In this document: positions 55,011 through 64,000 of the stretch, piece by piece
Numbering within the stretch: the first letter of the stretch is position 1
How the letters are laid out: each line of letters starts with the position of its first letter
From: Octopus vulgaris
Taxonomy: Eukaryota
DNA length: 64,000 bases
Direction of reading: 5' to 3'
Assembly: GCA_951406725.2 (NCBI GenBank)
Contig: OX597818.1
Span: 8,122,001-8,186,000 of the forward strand
Made by a program: the position numbers and the translations under genes
The notes under the pieces: model-generated
Seen by the model: the letters and a program-made list of their open reading frames with translations, nothing else
Databases searched by the model: none
Told to the model about the DNA's origin: nothing

Positions 55011-55039
55011 TAGAACAGGGAATTTATTTCCCTTGAAAT

Positions 55040-58000
55040 TCTATATGTTTTCAAAGGTGAATAAGCATCGACAACTTGCAAGATCTGCGACACCCGACTG
55101 AAGTCCTTCGGCGTTCGGCTGCTGCTGCTTAGGGGATTGGTTTATTTGATGTATTTTTGTTGTTGATTATATGTTGAAATTGTTACGTTTGTGCTCTTGT
55201 TGGAATCGAACTGTTGTCGTCTTTTTAACGGAAATTTTCCCCCTACGTGGCAGAAAATTAATTGCTGCATAACTGCTTTTTGTGTTTTTTTTTTTATACC
55301 TGTCGTGGGGTAAAAAGTTAGGTTTTGTCATTGTGACAAAAGTAATTACTACTTTTCTGTTATTCGGAGGCCATTTGCAAAATTGGATTTGAATATGTTG
55401 TCGAATGTCGACTTTCAGTTCTTAGAGGAGGATTTGCCGGCCATGAAAAAGTAACCAAGTTTGTAACCAGGAAGGAAAGGCAAAGTCAAGTTTTTCTGCT
55501 GCTGTCGGTGGCAATTTCTGTAAATTGGAGTATCTAAGGAACATTTATTTAAGTTTCGAAACCTTATAAAGAAAAGTGGAAACGAAACTAAACTTCAGCC
55601 ACCACAAGACATGATACAAAATTTAACTGCCAGAACGGTAGTATACAAAATATACAACCGTAAAGAAAAGAGAATTATGTTAGTGAAGAACGAGGTTGTA
55701 GAGAAGTGCCTCGGCCCTGTATGGGGAAATATTATCTATGTCGGCCGAGGACAAGAAGCGCCATTATTGAGGCGAAATTAAAAAAACGCTGAAATAGCAA
55801 AAGAAATATCGACTCAAACGCTAAAAAGTGAGGAGTTAATGTTGCTCCCGACCTACCTAGGCCGCAGAACTGCAAAAATAACAATACAGGAGATACCAGC
55901 TGGTTATGATGTAACATGGATGGCAATGACCGTAATTTACGATGTAGAAGAAGAAATATCAATACTGCAAATGAAAAAGCGAGAGGCTCTAAACTGGAAA
56001 GACCAAACACTCGAGATGGTGGTTCAAGTCTCAAACAAAATACTTGAATCAAGGCCCGACCGTATTTTCATAGGGAAGCAGAGTTTACCACACTGGTTTC
56101 ACATAAAAGAAAATTAACCCATATCCCAGACTCCCCCCTGATAAAGAAGATATTTACATAAACCCTACCCACCCCTAAAAATGCACTAGGAGAAAGGATT
56201 GTGAAGTACAATGAGAAAAATAGTGTACTAGAACGAGATTTAATTTCGCATAAAAAAACTTATATTTTTCAACCGATACAAGGTATGCCACCGAATATAC
56301 AGAGAGATATCCGCAGGACATACAAGATGTTAGCCAAGAGATGGCCAATAAAAGACTTGTTCTCAGCCCAGCTGCTACACAAACGGCTACACATCAGATA
56401 CAAAAGGAAGGGAAGTTGGCAAATTTCGTGCAGCCCATCCCATACTTAAAATGTAAGTTTGTTTTATTTTTACCATGGAGATTATGTTAGGTTCCTAGTT
56501 GACGGGGAGGAGGAGGCGTGGTGGTTTTGTTCAGAAAAAGCTTGAACGTACAGGTAAGTACAATCTTTCTGGACCCAGAATGTAGGCTGGTCGTCCTAGA
56601 TGTGACACACAGAAGTAAGCAGTCCTTAAAGTTGGTAGCGGTCTACACTCCGAAAGAGGGTAGACAAGCTGGTGTTTTTTCGAGACCTGGAGAGCTTTCT
56701 GGTGACTTCTAAAAATCTAGTTTTAGCAGGAGACTTTAACACTATACTCGATGCATTGGCTCGACTAAGAGAAGGGCAAATCCTGTCCTAAAAAGACTAT
56801 TAGCAAGCTATAACCTAGTAGACCGATATTGACTGGATGAGCCGCTCGTTCCACAGTGGATGTGGACTAATAACGACGGTTCACACAGATCTTATTTAGA
56901 TAGGATAATTGTTTGAGATAGAGATATGTTTAGTTCTCCACGCTTTGGTTGTGTCCCATACACTAATCACAAATTTGTGACGTGTGAGGTGTACCTAGTT
57001 AAGTGTCATAGACAGGGAACAGGGTACTGGAAAATGAACAAGTCTATTTTGACTTCGGGTTAAGGAGTTAGTGCAGAGGGCATTATGCGGCGCCATCACT
57101 AATAATAGATTGTGGTGCGCCCTCAAGCGAACCATTCATTCTGAGTCTCTTAGATTTAGTAAGGAGCTACGTTTAGAGAAGGCTAGAATAGAAGAGAACA
57201 TAATTAAGGAATTAGAAGAGGCCATGGAATCTGGCTCTTCAGCCAGAGCGGCATGAGCGGTGGTATTCCGTCACCTCAAAGCTAAACACGAAAGATTTCG
57301 TGCGGTGGGTAGAGAAGGTATTAACGTTGCCGGATGGGCCCGTCGTGTGGAGAGTCGGAGGCAGAGAAGCCTCTATAAAGTCTTTGATTGATGCGTAGGG
57401 ACATACCATCAAAGGATAGGAGGAGATGGAAATGGCTTTTCACCAATATTTCGCCCGGTTGTTTTTGACGAGCGAGGCGCTTGACCGTGGGGAGTCCATA
57501 AAGGGTTTCTTTGCCGGCGGGCTGCGACTCTCGGTGCGAGAGGCTAAATGTTGTGAAGAGCCGATTACAGCTGCGGAGGTTGAGGATTTTCTGGCTGAAT
57601 GCGCCGCGGACACATCACCGTGGCTGGATGGTCTGCCCTATGAATTTTATCGTAGTATGCCTGACGTGTTCGGACACTTGCTTGCCTGCGTCTACACGAA
57701 CTAGCGGCAGGATGGAAGAATTCCCAGCTCTGTGAATCGGGGAATGGTGACGCTAATCAGAAAAGACCCAATCAAGAGGGGATCACATTAGTAACTTTAG
57801 GCCCGTAACTCTACTGAATGTATAGTTAAAAATTTTCGCCAAGTTGTTAGCAAACGTTTTGACGCGCGTCGCAGAGAAACTTGTAGGGAAGGTGCAAACA
57901 TGTTCCATCCCAGGCAGGTCAATCCAAGATATTCTTCATCTCTTACGCTACACCTTAGACATTAAATGTAGGGCATTGGTCTATTTAGACCAAAGTAAAG

Positions 58001-58500
58001 CTTTCGATAGTGTAGACCACCAGTACCTGGCGGCAATCCTTGAGGCGGCTGGGCTAGGCTCGGACTTCGACGGTTGTATGAAGGCTATTTATGGCAGCAT
58101 CAAATCCTTAATCCAAATAAGTGGTTACCTGTCGGAGCCGTTTGATATCCAGCGCTCGGTTTGTCAATGGTGCCCCCTGTCATCGCTTCTGTATGTATTG
58201 ATACTTGAGCCATTGCTGCGGAGGTTGGAGAGTTTGGGACGCATCCCCAATAAAATCGGATGTGGTAAGCCTCTTTCCGCATATGCGGATGACGTCACAA
58301 TCACCGTGTGCAATGTAGCTCAGCTACCTTGTGTAGAGGATACAATCGAAAGATACGATGCGGTGGAAATGGCAAAAGTTATCAAAAGCAATTCCGTCTG
58401 TTTGAGGCTCGACAACTGGAGTAGCAAGCCGATAACGTCCAGTGTCTTGGGACACTGGACGGATGGTCCTGTTAAGTTGCTTAGAGTTTGGCAATGAGGC
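55040..58500 (+). mobile_element. Decayed L1/Tx1-clade LINE (ORF1 relic, APE, RT), 3'-truncated
   Basis: ORF1 LLPTYLGRR; APE GGVVVLFRK, GDFN, SYLDRI; RT SPWLDGLPYEFY, FRPVTLLN, LDQSKAFDSVDHQYL, CPLSSLLY, AYADDVT. Confidence 0.9.
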
Positions 58501-58624
58501 TAAGGCATCTCTGGCTCTACCTGGATAGTGACCAGGTGTGGAATTCGCTTGCAGGGGAATTCTTTCCACAACCGGCCTCCTTGGAGGAATTTACACCCGG
58601 TTTGATAAATAGACGCGATACGAC

Positions 58625-59340
58625 TGTTTGAAAACATAAGGTCATAGAACGCTTGTGCCATATAGCCAACTGAACACGGATTTTACTGGGGCTAAATAGC
58701 AGTAGCATTTGCCCCTTCATGGGACTTCTCCACATTAAGTTGCCAATAAACCATCACTTTATCGTGCTGCTACCGTATAATTTTTTCTGAGAGATTTAGA
58801 AATGCAATATTTCTAACTTCTAGCATTGTTTTCTTGTATTGCTGGCCATGAGGATTTCTAAGTTCACTTTAATTTCTCTGGAAATAATATCGCAATTTTT
58901 ACACCTGTATAATCCACATTCTCATATGTTGCTACCTAGGTGACTATTATCTGGATGTGAACATCTTGACCGTCTGACGATGACTCTAGTACTTCCTCTT
59001 TCCAAATGACGGAGAAAAAGTTTCCACCCTGTGTATCGTATATTATGTGTATAATTTTGTGTATAATTCGACTTCTGTTTATAAATAATGAACATTCTGC
59101 CGTTTATCCATCCATCCTAATGAATGGTATTTCACATAAGATATCTTTGCAGGGCTGTCTTCAAATACTTGGACAAGAAAAGCTGTTGTGCTTGGCGAAA
59201 AAAGAGATACGATGCCTTTCCGTTCTCATCATCATTTATTGTGGAAGTCTGTCTTCGTGTGGTGTACAACATACTCAATTTCAAAATTTCAGCTAATTGA
59301 CCACCACAGAAAGACACATAAATAAACTGCGATGAGCACA
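58625..59340 (-). mobile_element. Penelope-like relic continuing beyond the direct repeat
   Basis: Minus strand ~58925-58880 gives ECGLYRCKNCDII, like the Cys-rich RT-EN linker of PLEs; adjoins the pLTR-like repeat. Confidence 0.4.
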
Positions 59341-61329
59341 AAGAGACTGGAGTCTCAAAGCGAAAGATGCCTTAGAACGGTCTGTGGTTTAAAACTTATG
59401 TTGCCCGTGAGAGACGCTTCGACAAGTTGAGATGAGATTTTCGACTGAAGAATTAGCCAACGAAGTGCCGCAACAACATCAAAAGTGAGGAATTATGTCT
59501 AATTCTGACATGACTCGGTCGGAGGATTGTCAAAATAAATGTTACGAAGTGCCTATAGAAGTGGGGACTCAGTAAAGTTCTGCTGCACAAAATAGGACAG
59601 GATAATCGTGGTTACACTACGATCTGGGAAGTATCGAAGGCTTTCCTGGCCTGACAAACCTCCATACTAGCACGCAACTATTTGAAAAAGTAATGGGCAA
59701 AAAGCCGAGACGCCACATTTGTGGTGAAACAAACAGCCCCATGCAAGGAAAGAAAAACACTGTTGCAGACAACTCTAATACAATAAAAACAGCAACAACA
59801 ATACAACAGCAGCAACAATGCAACAGCAGCAACAAAAGAGCAGCAGCGTCACCAACAAACACTAAGAATATCAGTTCCTTGATTAGCAGGATCCAAAACC
59901 AAAACAGCATTATCAAGAAAAAGAGCAACAAGGGAGATCCATTCAGCAAAATCAACAACAAAAACCGGTACCACAACCGAGAATAACAATAAAACACCTA
60001 CACCTTCGAAACCAAGAGAGGCTTCACACATACCTGTCGAATAGAACAGCAGTTCATAAATTCCTGATGGTGCAGACCGGGGCAGACCAAACAGAGTTTC
60101 ACATGGCTTGTAAATATGAGGATTGTTAGCCTGTGTCAATTTGCACCGAATTTTTGTCTGGCGCCATAGATCCTTCTCCAGATCAAACAGAAATGACCCA
60201 AGAAATATCCAAAGAAGTGGAACTTTGAGCTGTGGTTCAATACGGAAGAGCGATGTAACTTTTGTAAAGAATGGAATACAATTAACAATGACTAGGCAAA
60301 TGGAATAACCCACTGATAAATGTACTACAGGTTCTACATCAGCAGCAGCCTACAGCAATAACATTATTAGGAGCATCACTACCACCATCACCACCATTAT
60401 CATCAGCAGATGTAGCAGCAGCAAAGGTTACGGGTGCAGCAGCAGTTGTAACAACAATACTAGCAGCTGAAAGGCAAACAGTAGCAAATATGACACCCAA
60501 AACAGCAGCGACAAACCGCCAACAAGAAAAAATATCCCAACAATTTTCCCATTCTTTCAATACATACAGGGACATACACGCAATCATATCTCATGCCACT
60601 ATCGTATTCCTTTTTCTTTTTCTGCGTGGAATAATCTTGCTAGGAGTATGATAATATTATGAAATCAAAAAGAAAATGAAAATATTTTTTAAAAATCTGA
60701 CCTTGCTCTGATGAGCCACACAAGCATAACACTATAAGTGAGACTACACACGCATGCCAAACAGACACATAAACAAATACATCATCACCACTTAAAAGAA
60801 AGAAAGTACATACAGAAATTGTATCGGGAGTCTGAGACACAAACGCATCAACAAATATCAACAAAACACAACCACCTCACACATTATGCACAAATATATT
60901 GATTCCTTCGTGAAAAAAGGAAAACATTTGAAAGGAAAGGAAATGGATATTCAGGTCCAGAAATTTCAAATTGCATAAAAAATTTGAAATTATTAAGTGT
61001 TGACTTGATGACATTTAACATATTGAGAGAAAAAATTACCAAAGAAGAGGGTAGTCTGATTATATGTATCAGCTTTAGGCTCCTAAAAGTTATCCTCAAC
61101 ATTTCATTACGTCTAAGTCTCCGAGACCAGCAGTTATGTAAAAAAAACTGTTTTTTTATTCTTCTCTTTCTTTTCTACCAACATGGTGGCTCAGACAGGC
61201 GGGTGTTTAAATGCACGTAGCCTCGGGTCACCCTCGAAGTAGGATCACCTACTAAATGACCTAAAGTCTAGGATGGATTATGGTAGCCATGAGTGGGTTC
61301 TCAATTTCAGACACGCAAGTTAGCATCTA

Positions 61330-61800
61330 TTTATGGTTATTTAGGGATATTATTAGTATTTCTTAGTCGGTATGAATTGAGTGGCTGAATAGCGACATTT
61401 TTTCGGAGTGGTCTGATCCTTGAGATTTGATAGGTCACCCTGGGCGCGAACGATAAGACATTGGCCCTAGACATTAAAAGTATAAAATGTGATGCCATTA
61501 GACAAAGTTGCCTTGTATGGTCTTGACATGTCCACGAAAGCCTCTCCTTGTTGACAGATGTCGACTGGAACAACATGTTCTATGTATATCTGCATTGTGG
61601 AGAATTAGCTGTAAAAAGGTTGCATGTAAAAGCGTCACGAACTTGCTCAAGTATTTCCGACTGCCTGAGAAGTACCTCCTGTTTTCTAGATAGATTATTG
61701 TGGACAAAGGCAAAAAGGACCCAATACATTCTTTAGGAAGTGTATGTGGTCCATAATTCAAAATAGCTAGATTGATCACATATTTGTTATCTCCACTGTC
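61330..61800 (-). mobile_element. Decayed RTE-like LINE 3' coding fragment
   Basis: ILNYG...RRGFRGHV resembles ILLYG.E.W...RRL.FAGH. Confidence 0.4.
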
Positions 61801-64000
61801 GGTGTACACTTACTGCATAGACAGGGATCCGGCTACTATATCTGAATGCAATATATTCAACTTATTAGATTATAAGAACCGCAATTATAATTAAGGTGCT
61901 ATATACTATTAACATATTTAATACTTTTTTAATATTTATGGGAAAATTTCAACTAAAGTCTGGTTCTAGAGTTTTATAATATTAAGTTTTAAGTAGTTAT
62001 ATGATACATGTCCTCTTGGCAGAGATTAATTCTAAGACTACCAGATCTCTTATATACTAGTTAATGTGTCCCTATCTTTCGAATCCAAAACGCATTTAAT
62101 CAAATTCATAAAATAACGTTTTCTTCTAAACTTAAATGTATAACAATGGTGATGTAATCTAGACTTCCAAATAGTTTCAGATGACATTATTACATAATAC
62201 GTTCGATCACTTGCAATTACTATACAATGATATATACTACTATCTTCTTTTGACGTTAATTTTCTAACGGACAGATAAGTTTTGTTTTATAATTACAAAG
62301 ACGTTTATTCACACGTATGTAACACACATGTTTAAAAGAATTACTATTGACGCTACTTTCAGAATTAGGTGGGTGTTGATCCAGGACAATAAGCATTATT
62401 ATAATCAATATTACTAAGTTAAAAAAATACAACTACATAAAAGCTACTATGAATTAACTTCACCAAAAGTATCAAAAATAATTTCAGGAAACTGATCATT
62501 AGAGTTTATCTCAAAATTGACCCTATCGGTCCAACTTGTGTTTACTAATTTTAAGCTGTTACTGTCTATTTTTTCTTTGTATATGTGCTGCTATAATTTC
62601 AGCCATGTTTTTCTGGTGGTTAAATAGGAAACATTTACCGTATAGCGATTAAAGAATTTCCATTTCCCGTAGTTACTATGTAAAACTTAATAAAATATAC
62701 TATTTCACCAGCTGTTATAATAAAACTTCACTTCAGTTTGTGTATTTTATATATTATCCGGTTAAAACATTCGTATGAAATAAAAATCAATTAAATATTA
62801 TAGAATACTATATAAAATATCGCTTATCACAAGTAAAACAGTGTCAGTTTATGATAACAACAAACATGAAAAATATAACATTGCTCTTACTCAGCAACAA
62901 AACTCTAACAAGAATATCATTTAACAGTTGCTGCAGGGTTACAATGCACAGTACTACTAGCGTCTATTACTTTCCTTGGACAACTACTGAAATGTTGGTT
63001 TATATTCATTTTAACGGAACGGTTAAATTATAAGCTTAGGCTTCCTACAGAATTAAATTTTAATCGCTTTGACTATCGGGTTATATAGATATCACCTTTG
63101 AAACCAACTTCTACTTCCTCTTGATTTCTAATTTCATAATAATTATACAACCCACTCCACTCTTCCATCCAGCCTCCAAGGAACTTAATGATAAATCAGC
63201 TAGCGTTAAACCTTTCATCTTGAACATCTTACACATAAATGTACCACTCTATTCCCAAATTTCACTTAATATCATCTTGTAGCCTAGAATCAACCATCAA
63301 AACGTTGTGTATACATATCTGCAGTGAAAATCAAAACACTTTCGATATCCTACACAGCGTTACTGTTCGGAAACGTCATCATCATCATTTCTAGCGAGTT
63401 ATATTAAGAATTTAAGTATGATGTTGTGTATTTTTAGCAGCAGCTAAGTACGTGGTAGCAGCAAACGTAATTTCATTGCTAGAAAGAAGAGACTTTCACG
63501 CATGTATCATCTCATTAAGACATGCGATTTAAAGGGAAAGCAGAACCAGCATTATTGGCGTAGGCAGAACAAGTTTAAACATTTCTCTATTCTCACATCT
63601 TCAGAGCAGAAATACATGCAATTTCCAGAAACCTCGATAGCTGCAACTAAATCATTGATTTACTCAAAGATTACAACATTCCCAAATACATACAGGGGAC
63701 ATAATCTCTTAACTTAGACTTCGTTTCACACTTTAGTATTGGCCGTGCTGTCTTAACTGTCATTCATAAGTATTCACCAACTACTTACGGTAACATAATT
63801 TACGTTTACATTTTCTTGTGAATTAATATTTGCTATCAAATTTATAAAGTCTCGGGGAGACAATAGCTATTAATTACAAGGACTAGTTAGAGTGTTGAGT
63901 GCTTAGCGCCAACTAATTTAGCACCTGTATAGCACTGAATAATGTACCTTATTGAATACAAGAAAGAATCTATGTTTACTTTCGTTTTTTTCCCACTGTG

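Noticed and set aside
51100-60330. Gag-like zinc-knuckle relics at ~51100-51300 and ~60020-60330 (minus)
   Set aside because: Cys/His spacing is too degenerate to call.

Overview
AT-rich, microsatellite-dense eukaryotic DNA. Its SINEs resemble, from recall, those of octopod cephalopods (not database-checked). No intact host gene is visible and almost all ORF-track entries are repeat artefacts. The window is a layered transposon graveyard with four main parts. (i) Five Penelope-like/retrozyme-like loci carry type I hammerhead ribozyme motifs. These include a young non-coding foldback plus tandem element with an apparently intact hammerhead (6563-7380) and a foldback that couples a tRNA-like Pol III head to a hammerhead (1402-2195). 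(ii) A ~15.5 kb (ATT)n array (33733-49260) is packed with co-oriented R4/Dong-clade RLE retrotransposons of several families, one near full length. It also holds repeated copies of a 558-bp non-coding element that looks like their non-autonomous passenger. (iii) An ORF1-only (HAL1-like) L1/Tx1-type element sits in a SINE tRNA head, and there is a decayed L1/Tx1 LINE. (iv) The rest is mariner/maT/pogo-type DNA transposon relics, SINEs and faint traces of decayed host exons. All folds, alignments and translations were done by eye; coordinates of decayed elements are approximate.
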